Below are positions 17,892 to 31,311 of a DNA stretch of 64,000 nt, piece after piece. This DNA comes from Eledone cirrhosa (lineage: Eukaryota): contig OZ024755.1 in assembly GCA_964016885.1 (NCBI GenBank), forward strand, positions 14,756,001 to 14,820,000, written 5' to 3'. Positions within the stretch are counted from its first letter, which is position 1; the number at the start of each line of letters is the position of its first letter. The notes under the pieces were generated by a model. The model did no database searches, had not been told where the DNA came from, and saw nothing but the letters and a program-made list of their open reading frames with translations. The position numbers were made by a program, and so were the translations under genes.

Positions 17892-18164
17892 TATATTTAT
17901 ATATATATATATTTATATATATCTATATATATATATATTTATATATATCTATATATATATATATTTATATATATATATATTTATATATATCTATATATAT
18001 ATGGGAGGAGGTTATAGTTCACTTGAAGCATTGTGTAATGAGGTATAAACGTTAGAATATGTGTAATAAGGCCAAGACAATGCAGATATGGACATAGAAA
18101 AAGAATGCAATAGTGAGAGATATTGATGAGAATTCGTCTTTCACCTTGAATTTATTTTAAATGT

Positions 18165-18199
18165 CCTTAATTTTCGAGATAATATCTCTTCTTCGGAGG
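18165..18199 (-). ncRNA. Minimal hammerhead-like motif in the PLE pseudo-LTR (core variant CCGAAGA)
   Basis: cct CCGAAGA a gagat-att-atctc GAAA a TTA agg: stem I cct/agg, stem II gagat/atctc, palindromic AATT stem III. The homologue at 42784-42818 has canonical CTGAAGA. Confidence 0.55.
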
Positions 18200-18560
18200 G
18201 AAGTAAAAGTCTCAGACCAGCGTCTAAATTTCCAATGAAGCCATGCTGACCGGAAATAGTATAGAGTTCTAACTTTAATATCAAAGAATTAAAATTAGGT
18301 GGGTAAAGAGTAGTCTCCCTTTAAGAGGGGTTTGTTTATGTTTTTGTTGTGTTTTTTAAATTTTATATGCGTGCCTGCATATGTGTGTGGGAGAAAGCAT
18401 GAAGGTGTAGGTATGTGTGTGTGTGAGTGTGGGAAGATAGGTCTAATCGTAAAAGTGGGGGGTAGGTGTTATCTGGTGTTAGAACTGGTTTTGTGTGTGT
18501 ATGTGTGAGAGAGAATAAGTGGAGGTGTGTGGGGTGTGTAAAGTGGGGCTAGAGGCCCTA

Positions 18561-20493
18561 TCAGGTTATAAATTGGGTGTTGAGCTCTAGTCTATTATTG
18601 ATTGGTGGATGTGTTCTATCTATAATGAGTGCTTCCTTGATTCTAAGATTACCGAGGTTTCTTTCTTTAGTTTCTATCCTAACTGTTATGTTTTTATCAG
18701 TGTTTTTGCATTTAACTAGGTGTTTCTTAAATGAGGAAGCGTTAGTATTGAGGTGTTCTTTTATTCTTATGTGGAGTGGTCTGGTGGTGCTACCTACGTA
18801 GAAGTTGTTGCATTTGTCACACTCTAGTCTGTAAACTACGTAAGCCTGGTGGCATAGGTCTGTGTCGTTGATGGGGCAGTTGGCTAGTCTGCAGCAGTTG
18901 TCATGTCTGGTGGAGTGTCTCTTAGCTAGCCGTCCACGCAAAGAAGGACCCGAATGGGCCAGTTGAATATCCAGACCTTCTCGTCTGATGGCTCTGCGGA
19001 TGGCTGTTGTTGTTTCTTCACTGAAGTGTGGGAGCTTCAGGAAGCAAGTGTTAGTGCCTCGGGTGTTCTTTCTGGCACGGTTTGTGGTGGATGTCGTGTA
19101 TCCGTTCAGTTTGAGTACTTCCAGGAAATGTGTGGTGTGTGTGTCTCGGTCTCTGGCGTCGGTGCATTTGTTCTTGATACGTGCCAGTTCGTTCTTTATG
19201 TATCCGAACTTGGCACCGAGTGGGAGGGCCGATCTGAAATGTACGAACAGGTCCCTGCTGGCGGATTTTTTATAGAAGCAGGTGTGGATGTTGCCTTCCT
19301 CTGTTACCCTGAGTTGGAAGTCCAGCAGGGATCCGCGGTCATCGGGGTGTTCTATGCTGAACTTTATACTGGCGTCCATGCTGGAGAATGTTGTGTATAT
19401 TTTCTCTGCCTCTTCACGGGATGATGTAAGGATGAGTATGTCATCTACATATCGGGTGAAGAAGGCATGGGAATGGCAGGTGTTGAGGGCTCGGCATTCT
19501 AGCTGGTTCATGTAAGTGATGGCCAGCAGGCCAGAGAGGCATGGGTAATCCTGTTGTCTGTCTGTATGTGTGGTGGTGGAAGGTGAAGTACGTATTGTCT
19601 ACTGTGAAGGACAAAAGTTGGTGTATGTCCGTCGGGTGGAGGCCGTAGCAGTGGATGTTCTCTGCGACCACGCAGTCCGTCAATAAATCGACAGCTGGGT
19701 GAGCGGGGACTGTAGTGTAGAGGGAGACAACGTCGAGGCTAAAAGCGTATTTATTAAGTTTAAGTTGTTCTGGCTGGAGTTGGTGTAATCTACGTATAAC
19801 TTCGTCGGAGCTACTGACATGTCCGGGGAAGGTGGAGAGTAGAGGCTTGAGGACCTGGGAGAGAAGCCAGGAAATGTTGTATAGGGGTCCTTCTATGCTA
19901 GAGACGATGGGTCTTATATGCGTCTTAGTGCTATTCTTGTGGGTCTTGATGAGGTGGTAGAAAGTGGGCAGTCTGCTATTTCTAGTGGTGTAGTTGAGTT
20001 TAATTTTATTCGGGAGTTGTCTTCTCCTACAGATATCGAACCAAATGGAGTTGGTCTGTTTTTCGATTTGGGCTGCGGTCATGTCCGGGATCACTGTGTA
20101 CAGTTCACTGTCGCTTAGGTGTTCGAAGGCTAGGTTATTGTATGTGGCTTGAGAGATGACGCAGAACTCTTTACCTTTGTCGGATGGTAAGTAAATAAGT
20201 TCCTTATTCCGTAGGTTCTTCAGGGCGAGTTGTTGTGTCCTGGAGAGGTTAGGGGCCATCTTCTTCTGTTTCCGTAAGATGTTAAATACGGAATGTTTTA
20301 GTCTCGAGAGTTTATCTTCCAGCTCGCGGTTGGCGGGCGGTGGATAGAGTGGGCGATCTAGTTGGTATATCGGGAATCTGGGTGTGGTGGATTCCGTGGT
20401 GTTGTTGTCGAGAGTCGATATCCATTTCAGTTGGTAGGCAGCTCGACAGAAATTCGTTTCTATGTCGAGCCATAGTCTGTCGTCCAGTCTCTG
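18561..20493 (-). pseudogene. PLE reverse transcriptase-GIY-YIG endonuclease polyprotein, 5'-truncated, frameshifted near 19540
   Basis: Frame open from 20493 ([10 protein letters not shown]...LPSDKG...LIKTHK...IRPIVS...SLDVVSLYT...QTTGLPM). After an apparent ~8-nt deletion it continues LSGLLA...RYVDD...LLDF...CCRLANCP...VVYRLECDKC...YVGSTTRPLHIRIKEH...KEALII...PPINNR. Confidence 0.93.
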
Positions 20494-20551
20494 TTTTCTA
20501 TGTCCATATCTGCATTGTCTTGGCCTTATTACACATATTCTAACGTTTATA

Positions 20552-20592
<41 letters not shown>

Positions 20593-20627
20593 TTATATAT
20601 ATTTATATATATCTATATATATATATT

Positions 20628-20664
<37 letters not shown>

Positions 20665-20729
20665 ATATTTATATATATATTTATATATTTATATATATAT
20701 TTATATATATATATATTTATATATATATA

Positions 20730-20776
<47 letters not shown>

Positions 20777-20884
20777 ATATATATATATTCCAGTCGATCG
20801 ACTTTCGTCAAATCGGACCGAGGAAACTGTTTCCGTTGGTCTTTCCAATTGCTAATACTATCTATCGGTCGCAACTCCAGGTAG

Positions 20885-21007
20885 AAGGAGCAACGTGAAA
20901 TAAAGTGTCTTGCTCAAGGACATAACGCATCGCCCGGACCAGGAATCGAACTCACAACCTCACGATTGTGAATCCAATACTCTAACCACTCAGCCACACG
21001 CCTTCAC

Positions 21008-21008
<1 letters not shown>
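20885..21008 (-). mobile_element. tRNA-derived CORE-type SINE, 5' part
   Basis: Reverse complement: gtggctgagtggttagag (A box), gttcgattcc (B box), tgtccttgagcaagacacttt (CORE-like). Confidence 0.8.
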
Positions 21009-22137
<1,129 letters not shown>

Positions 22138-22552
22138 TTTCATCTGGCCTCTATTGGCTTCAGAATGGATTTCTAAGCTAATACAAATACTAGTTTACTT
22201 ATGACATTAACTCTACTAATATTATCATTTCAGTTATTATTTCGAAAATTCTCGGTGGTAATATTGCCGATAGAGATCAGTCAAAATGGCGTCTATCTAC
22301 CATGAGATTAACACTTACATTGACGACACAATCTCAGAGTTCCTATGAAATTGAATCTTGTGTCTGTATGCGATATTAACATTTTTATGTCTGCAGCATT
22401 AATTTTTCCTCTTATTACTAGGAATTCTATCATATATATATATATATATATACTTTCTATTTATTTCCTTTTACATCAACACGTGTTCGCGTATCAAATG
22501 GTCAGTTTCGCACTATTTGTTGTCTCATATATATAACTGCGTGATACTGTTT

Positions 22553-22613
<61 letters not shown>

Positions 22614-22948
22614 ATATATTGTGTGTGTGTTGTGTATGTATGGGGTGCTGTTGTATGTACTAAGTTAATTAAAATGGACCAGTGCTGTAAATGTTTAAGC
22701 AGTTTCTCCCTTCGTAATTAACATACGTATGAAATTAGATATACGTTTACTAACACACAATTTGCAATGCTGATTGAATCATGCACACACACAAACACAT
22801 TTACATACATACATATATATAACAAGTATTTTAGTTGGGTCCTTTCTTGACGATCTCTTCTATTCAGTTCTTTAGCGCATATACATATGTGTGCGTTTAA
22901 TATGTATGTAGTTATATGTGTATGTATGTATGTATCTATAAGAATATG

Positions 22949-23001
<53 letters not shown>

Positions 23002-23146
23002 ATACTTTGGGAGGGTCATGTTGCCAATAAGAAACACACGCACCAGATGCGTTCACTGCAATTTATTATAATAAATTTATAAATTTAGGAATTTATAAAT
23101 TTCCGGTTGGTTGGTTGGTTCCACACCAGATGGTTGTTTATATATT

Positions 23147-23189
23147 GTCAAAGTTCTTTCGTCACACATTCTGTGACCTTTTCAGTGAC
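23147..23189 (-). ncRNA. Minimal hammerhead motif, left arm (core CTGAAAA, mutated)
   Basis: gtca CTGAAAA g gtcac-agaatgt-gtgac GAAA gaactt tgac. Confidence 0.5.
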
Positions 23190-23796
23190 TGGGGATTCTT
23201 TTCTTTGTTTTTGTGCCTCTCCTTTGTTCTGTCCTACGCCATCTTGTTTCTGTGTGTGTTGTGTGCTCAGTCTGCGCATGCGCCACATCCGGGTGTCTGT
23301 GTGTGTGTTTATGTTCGTTTATTTATTTGTTTATTTACATGTTACTGGTTGGTTGTTTGTTCTATGTGCGTGTGTGTTTTCATTTTGTCCTTAATTGTAA
23401 GTTGTGATGTTGCTGTTCCACTCATGATTTCTATTTAATTTTGGTTGTAATTCTTTTATGTTCATTGCCTCTGTGATTTGTCTAAACATTGAGTCTTTTA
23501 GCAATGTTTAGACAAATCACAGAGGCAATAAACATAAAAGAATTACAAACAAAATTAAATAGAAACATGAGTGGAACAGCAACATCACAATTTACAATTA
23601 AGGACAAAATGAAAACACACATAGAACAAACACCCAACCAGTAGCATGTAAATAAACGAATAAATGAACGAATATAAACACACACAGACACTCGGATGTG
23701 GCGCATGCGCAGACTGAGCACACAACAAACTCAGAGAAACAAGATGGCGTAGGACAGAACAAAAGAGAGGCACAAAAACAAAGAAAAGAATCCCCA

Positions 23797-23839
23797 GTCA
23801 CTGAAGAGGTCACATAATGCGTGACGAAAGAACCTTGAC
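23797..23839 (+). ncRNA. Minimal hammerhead motif, right arm
   Basis: gtca CTGAAGA g gtcac-ataatgc-gtgac GAAA gaacct tgac: stem I gtca/tgac, stem II gtcac/gtgac; the cleavage-site U appears changed to C. Confidence 0.6.
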
Positions 23840-24060
23840 GATATATAAACAACCATCTGGTTGTGGAACCAACCAACCAACCAACCGGAAATTTATAAAT
23901 TCCTAAATTTATTATAATAAATTGAAGTGAAAGCAACTGGTGCGTATGTTTCTTATTGGCAACATGACCCTCTCAAAGTATAACAATATCGCTTTCAACA
24001 CATGTTTTCAGATAAAGAATCTTGCTAAACAAATTCAGAAACGAAATATATATATATATA

Positions 24061-24283
24061 GTAATAATACTAAATTTGAAGACTAATATCCAAAGAGGGC
24101 TCGATAAGGATAAATATATATCAAATATATAAGAACAGTAGAGAAAATATTTATTAAAATAACAGATTAATGTTTAAGCAAAGAATCGCTGCTTTCACCC
24201 TTAATGGGATCTTCAGAAGATCCCGTTAAGGGTGAAAGCAGCGATTCTTTGCTTAAACTTTAATCTGTTATTTTAATAAATAT
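24061..24283 (-). mobile_element. Fold-back element family B, copy 1: 68-bp arms 24147-24214 / 24216-24283, tail 24061-24146
   Basis: Palindrome centred on gatcttc-a-gaagatc; minus strand reads CTGAAGA tccc-attaa-gggt GAAA; homologues at 30178, 54040 and 59412. Confidence 0.8.
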
Positions 24284-25276
24284 ATATATATATATATATA
24301 TATGTGTGTATGATGAATATATATATATGATGTGTGTATATATATATATATATATATGTGTGCGTGAGTGTGTATGATAAATACATATATGATGTGTATA
24401 TATATATATATATATGTGTGTGTGAGTGTGTATGATGAATGTATATATGATGTATGCATATATATAGGTATGAATATATTTGAACATACATGTATTATTT
24501 TCAAGCACAGATAATTACGTTTGTAAGTCACCTTATGTTTGTATGAGTTTAAGTGTTAATGTGTGTGCAGATCAAATATATAATTGAGAGACCACTAACT
24601 TTCGCTCGCTGATAATTTTCATATATATCTCATGTGTAATAACAACAATAACAACACTTCTATCAAACGATTGTCATTAAACGGCCGTCAGACATTATTA
24701 ACCGAGACCTGACATATCTATACGCAAAACGCCAGGAAACGCTTAAAGTGATGAAAAATATGAAATGCCAATGAAAACTCCGGGTGTGTATGCTCGGTTC
24801 ATCAGCGACCTTTCTAACTGTGACATTTCTCAAGTGAAATATCTACACGTAGTTGACAGTTCCTATCCCCAGCACATTCTTGCTGATAAACAATCCACTT
24901 ATTAGCTAGCACTGAATGGGGAAATTCATAGTTATATTTGCTGCCAAATTATCGTCGCTAGATTAATGGTGATAACAGTCTATTGTTATATTTTCAGCTG
25001 ATGTGCATCTAGCTAAGTGATATGAGCGGGATTTTGAACTTTAGAATTTCTCATACTGTCATCATATTGAGATATTTCAATTCATATTTAAGTTACTAAC
25101 CTTCAGTTTATTATTTAATTAATTCACATCGTGTAATTGTACATTTCGAATGATATCTGTATTTACAATCTATGAAGTTTGCTACTTATCTTCTCCTAGT
25201 TTCAATAGTAGCTTTCAGTGAAACTATATACCTTTGGAGATTTACGTGTCATAGAGTTGCAATGTTTAAATTATCT

Positions 25277-25307
<31 letters not shown>

Positions 25308-25988
25308 TTAGCTATTTATTTTGATTTGATGAAAAATGACTTAAGTGCTACATAAGGTTAATCTTCATGAACTGTGTAACTAAATCATTCAGAAATATCT
25401 ATCACGATTTCGCCCGACCAACTCCTTGATTTCTTTGGGAAAATTGAAAGCAATGTTAAATTGATATCACATTAACTCTTGCTGACCGATAACGTGAATA
25501 TATCCATAGATAGAGAAGCCATTTCAATTGCTGGCGTTGTTGCTTTTCAGAGTCGTCATCAGTGAAGGTAGATTTAACAATAGAGTAAATCCTCAAGTAT
25601 CACACATGAACACACTTGTTCTTTCTGAAATGAAGCCTATACATACACAAAACTTTGCAATAGGGAGATATTTTCCTTCTACACGCTTGCCTTTTGAGAT
25701 TTGCCTTATAAACAAAGAGAGGCAATTTTATTCATGCTTGTTTGAATATGATGTGTGTATTACCTACATACGTATGATGTATGTATGTATGCAGATATGA
25801 ATATAGGTCTGTCTGTATGTATTTATATATATATATGTATGTACGTACGTATAAATATATATTAATACAGAAGATAGAATGCTAAAAGAAGAAATAGAAA
25901 CATAGATAAGAGGAAGAAACGGAAAAAAGCACCCGTGTGCGAACTCATCTACTCTGGGGAAACATATATATTCATATATAGATTTATG

Positions 25989-26025
<37 letters not shown>

Positions 26026-26044
26026 ATCTAAAGTCTGTCTTAAA

Positions 26045-26306
26045 CCAGAAGGCTAATTTGGCCGGTGCCTATCCCGGATTCATGGCGTGAATCGACTGAG
26101 AGTACACACTCTCCCCTCGACAGGGCGGCAGTGCATCGCAAGGTTAAACACTCAGCTATAGTTGGTAATCATTTTCAGCTGAGTATATTGGAGCAACGTA
26201 AAATGAAGTCTTTCGCTCAAGAACGGAACACGCATCCCAGCAATCGAACCCACGATATTATGATCGTAAGTGCAAACAACACCCTCACCACAAGGCCACG
26301 TGCCTC

Positions 26307-26309
<3 letters not shown>
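26045..26309 (-). mobile_element. tRNA-derived CORE-type SINE
   Basis: Shares ggagcaacgt.aaat.aagt...gctcaag and atcgaacccac with the 20885-21008 copy, plus additional body sequence. Confidence 0.75.
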
Positions 26310-26360
<51 letters not shown>

Positions 26361-28051
26361 AGGTATTTAATATATATTGTTGTTATAGTACTTGCATATT
26401 TTCTGGAATTGATATAGGCAAACATAAATCTATTATCCTCGTTTTAAATTGACATTTCCTGAACCATGAAAATTTAACTTTGCTATAGCTTAGTAGTCTT
26501 TTAATTAGTTTGTTGTATAAACAAAATATGAAATACGAACATGATTATTTATTGTTTCCTAAATGAGACAGTTCAACATCATGTTTACAATAGTAAAGTA
26601 GGTTCTAGCATTTTAAATTTAGAAATGGAAAAATACTGAAGTATATGGTAAATACTAATGTTTTGACGTCTGGTGGTCTGTTATGTCTGCTATGTCTGAT
26701 GGTCTGTTATAGAACTTAGAAACCATCGATGATTGAAGCATCTGAAATCTATGTATTGCTGTTCATACAATTTTCTATTGAGTTAGAGGGAGCTGTCATA
26801 ATTCTTTGAAAAATTAAACGAGATTAACTAACCAGCAATAATGAACAATTGATGTGGGAGTCTTTGACCAACTGTAAATGTCCAGGAATATTCAGACATT
26901 TGATAGCAAGTATAGGAAAGAAATTATGTAGAAATATACAAAGGAGATAAATTGTTGAATTACTTTGCTCGGGGAATGTGTGCTCAGTTTAATATGAAAT
27001 ATATACATAGATATTCCTTCAAATATGACCTCATTGAACTAGCCGCTGTCCTACTTGACCAATAAATACATACATCCTGTATCTTAATATGCATTGTGTG
27101 GTGACCTTTCCGGTTTCGTCACTTTAAATATCCAGTCTATTCTACCATATGTAACATTCCATAACATTCGTTTGTGCCAATATATTATGTTAGAATAATT
27201 TATAATTATAATACATGCTATAGATATAAATAGTGTAATACAATGTAATACTTAAAATAGCTGTGTAGTTGTCATAGTGCATTTTGTATTTCTAGCTTCC
27301 CATATAGTGGGAATTGTTACATATTGTTTAAACCTCATAGCGATGAACATTTAATTGGAATATCACAGGATACCAGATATGAACATAAAGTCACATATCT
27401 GAATAACACACGTCTAAAGTTTTAATCAGTCTACTGCTTGGTCGCAGTGTATTATCGACAACTGGTTTGGCGTAGAAGAGAATGACTCAGAATGAAAGAA
27501 TTATTGTATAAAACGTCGTAAATAATTGAGACTGTTGTATGTGAGTTATGATGTGACCGGATTGACCTAACCTGTGACGTGCCTTGCGTTCATTTTACAT
27601 CACTAGTGGTGAGATAAGTTGTGCTTTGACACGTCACATTCCAATTACGTGACCATATATTGATGAATACGACTACTTGTTGTTTGGTGATGTTGTTATC
27701 TAGTTCGAACATTCCTATCAAAGAAATAAGGATCAATGATTAATTTGTTGAATGGATAGCAATAGAAGGGAAATGCACTATATTTATTTTTATTTATTAA
27801 ATCTAAAATGTCACTCAGATCAACATGAGAATTATAATTACTGTACCGTACTTTCCGCAGCCACGACTGATTTATAATATGCAGATTGAGAGGGTAAAAT
27901 AAACATGTGGTAGCTAGTGACTTGCTGTCTAATTGCTAGATATTACATACAGATAAGTAATGTAGATAAGTAAAACACTGATGGGTATCTACAAAAAGTC
28001 TAATGTAAGAAGTTTTGCAGGAAATACTCTGGAGAATAGAGCGATAGAATA

Positions 28052-28099
<48 letters not shown>

Positions 28100-29319
28100 C
28101 TGTATAACGCCATCTGTTCATACATGTTGCTAGGAAACATCGATATTACTATTTCTTTTATAGAAATATTAGGTTTGATTAGGGGAAATACATCTTAGAC
28201 GATAATTTGATTTGTTGAAGCCAATTGCGAAACAATGGTAATTTATAATGAAAAGTAAAGAAGCATGAATATATGTAGACATATTCACAAGAACATCCTA
28301 ATACAAACCTCAATCTAAAGATAATATATATAATTTGTTGGCAAGGCAGAGCAATATAGTTATCTATTATCTACGTCGGCCAAATTTTACTATTTCTTAA
28401 ACAAAAGACTATTGTCTCCATATATTCTTATCGAACTTATATCGACAAATACAGCGTAATCATTGCGTATATATTAAATCCCTTATAAGGTCATCATCGG
28501 TCGAGACATTGACTATGACGAAAGGGAAATTAACAAAAAAATTGTTGATTAAACTTTACCGACCTATTGTGGTTAGTGAAGACGTTCTGGCCATTTATTT
28601 ATTCTATATTATCGTTATTAGATTATAGATGACTAGATAATTCACTTTGTTAAAATTGTTAATGCCTTTGAGAGAAACCCATGAGAATCACACCATTTCC
28701 AAACAAAATGAGAGGCTGTGTTTGGTAGCGAGCCTTCTATATTAGAGTTACGCTCCCGTTAAGATGTAACCTAGAATTGATTTCGATTACAAGCTTAATT
28801 TACTTCACCTGCGTAGCTAGTTAATATGGCCCTCCTTGTCATACACACACACCACATATATGGCCTTTGGGGCAAAGGACTAATTATAAAATTTTCTGGC
28901 TTTCTGCTTTAAAAGTGTTCGCAAATAGCATTGACATATATAACACAGAAGAGATAGCTACAATTTGGTTCCAGAGTTCTCTGTCAATTCATTATCCTGG
29001 AACCTTGACTATATAAGCATGGTTTGGTAGAAAGAAAAGGGGGCACCAACAAGTTTAACAAGTGACTAGAAGGACGTGTAAGGAATGAGTTGGTGTGGTA
29101 ACACATAGAGATAGAATTTAGTCCATCAAAGACCACAACGCATATACCGCTCTGAAATTAGTTTACAATGAATAGCCCATTACACAACAAGAATCATGTT
29201 TAACAACATACCGTATTTCGAATGATTGACATGAACCAATGAGACGCTGAGAGGGACCAATAAACATTCTTAAAATTTGAAATGTTTTAATGAAATGCAT
29301 TTGGAAGATTAGCTAATGA

Positions 29320-29500
29320 CATCTTTCTTATTCTTTTTCTTATTCTTCGTCTATATATCCGTTACCAGTGCCATAATGAAGTTCCTCCAGCTCACCCTGT
29401 CTAGCATTCCCCTCTCTCCAACCCGGTGACATCTTGAATGTTGTGGTTGGTCTTCCACCTCAGCTGCACGCTTCATTACGTTAGTGGTACAATCGCCGAA
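29320..29500 (-). mobile_element. Possible RTE-like LINE 3' remnant
   Basis: (aagaat)-type tail and a ggaagacca (GRP) motif on the minus strand; heavily decayed. Confidence 0.3.
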
Positions 29501-30107
29501 GTGTATCTACTTATATCGTATTGTTTCAAACTGTTTTATGAGGTTATTAGATGTATAATCTCTGTTTACGAGGTGTTTAGATGTATAATCTCTATGTAAT
29601 TATTATTCATTAAAATTGTTTCACTTCAACAATATATTAATAATGATAGATTCTTAAGAATCACACTACTTAGTTGTATTACACATTCTAGATAAAGTAG
29701 GACCCTTTATTTGGTAGCATATATGGAAAGTAAGATCTACCAATAAAATAACGTAGATAACCAGGAGAGCAGGTATCTCTACATGTTTGTTCTTACACTT
29801 GGTGGCTTAATCTATCTCCTTTCAGAGTTGAAATCACAGAATCTCCATCGTAATTTTACATTGTATGGTCGATAGATTAATAAGTACCAGGTTTGTGCTG
29901 ACAGCAATTCTATTGAGCATATTCTTTTACGACAGATGAAATCATAGTTATTACATGTTGTCGAAAAAAAGAATATTAGATTTCTATAATGATCTTCTAT
30001 GAACTTACCGTATTAATGAGAAATTATATATATTTTCTAGGGGGCTAACTTATTTTCTTTGCTTTAAAATTCTCTTTTTTTGTGATACATATATAAACCA
30101 TAGAGTA

Positions 30108-30145
<38 letters not shown>

Positions 30146-30177
30146 TATATATATACTATATATATATATATATATAG

Positions 30178-30540
30178 TAATAATAATAAATTTGAAGACT
30201 AAAATGCAAAGAGGGCTGGATAAGGATAAATATATATCAAATATATATATATCAAGAAGTCTACGACTTCTTTTATACCATTAACGTGGTTTTGTCTTTG
30301 CGTGTAATTGTTTTTTCACTGCTCCAAATAATGACGTATAATATTCGTTTTTTTCCCGTTCTTTGCCAGGGAACGTTTCCACGAACCAAAGTATCGTATT
30401 CCTGTCTTCCTCCGCTTGCAACCTTTTTTGAAATATTCACTTCTGCGTTTACAGATTGACTTTGTTGGTTTCAGAAGATCCCGTTATGGGTGAAAACAGC
30501 GATTCTTTGCTTAAACTTTAATCTGTTATTTTAATAAATA
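30178..30540 (-). mobile_element. Family B copy 2: tail + ~215 bp internal sequence + inverted arm, in (TA)n
   Basis: 30178-30250 matches 24061-24130; 30470-30540 matches 24212-24283. Confidence 0.8.
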
Positions 30541-30574
30541 TATATATATACATAACCCCATACACACACACACA

Positions 30575-30639
<65 letters not shown>

Positions 30640-30759
30640 GCCCTGAAGAGTAAAAATTATTTGTTCATGTCCAAAGATAACCCTAATAAGACACGTATAA
30701 GTCAAACTGTTAATATATATGTACATGTGTGAGGGTTGGTGCGTGTATATGTGCGCATT

Positions 30760-30940
30760 TATGTCAATGTCTGCTCTTGTGTACAGGAGGGGAGTGTGTC
30801 ACAAGACAGCATTATCTTTCAGTGAAGCTAGATCGACGAAATATGTAGCACACTGAGATTGATATATCCAGGAAAACATTTGACGGCATTGCTCCAGCTT
30901 AGCAGCGGTTAATGACTGGAACGTGTAAACAAATAAAAGA
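30760..30940 (+). mobile_element. Degraded SINE 3' tail
   Basis: tgctccagc...aatgactggaac...taaaaga resembles the 3' end of common octopus SINEs as I recall them. Confidence 0.45.
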
Positions 30941-31107
30941 CTATAACATTTGGTTATGCACAATTTAACGATAATTGATTTATTTTATCTCACCCAGTAC
31001 AATTGATTTATGTTTGTTAGTATATTACCAGCGTTTGTTTCGGTATAACTATCCTAAACGATCAGGAATCTCCCTGGAAGTAACTCCATCACGATATGGT
31101 TGAGTAA

Positions 31108-31172
31108 ATGAATTGATGAAAAACCCAACGAAACTTAAGTATCTGCGTAATGTCACTGTTGTAACTGATTAC
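31108..31172 (+). mobile_element. Short hammerhead-associated repeat, decayed copy
   Basis: aacccaacGAAACttaaGTAtctg...tgtcactgttgtaactgattacac is homologous to 37897-37970. Confidence 0.55.
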
Positions 31173-31187
31173 ACATACACAGACACA

Positions 31188-31311
<124 letters not shown>

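Larger units (their letters stand above)
18003..20554 (-). mobile_element. 5'-truncated Penelope-like retroelement (RT + C-terminal GIY-YIG) with inverted partial pseudo-LTR, inserted in (TA)n
   Basis: RT and GIY-YIG ORFs; perfect 61-bp inverted repeat 18041-18101 / 20494-20554; 38-nt unpaired 3' tail 18003-18040; hammerhead-like motif in the 3' region. Confidence 0.95.
22994..24046 (+). mobile_element. ~1-kb fold-back of a second PLE family's 3' end: arms 22994-23491 / 23502-23989, tail 23990-24046
   Basis: Near-identical inverted arms with a 10-nt spacer. The left arm (minus) encodes KDSMFRQITEAMNIKELQPKLNRNHEW, a GIY-YIG C-terminal EA..I...P.LN motif. Hammerhead motif in each arm; (TA)n flanks. 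Confidence 0.88.

Noticed and set aside
18577-20118. Plus-strand ORFs overlapping the PLE (18577, 18954, 18988, 19282, 19918)
   Set aside because: Antisense shadows of the RT/GIY-YIG frame.
23107-23936. Paired hydrophobic ORFs on opposite strands
   Set aside because: Antisense readings of the AC-rich PLE 3' UTR duplicated in the palindrome.
30640-30710. ccCTGAAGAg between TA arrays as a possible hammerhead
   Set aside because: No downstream GAAA or stem II.
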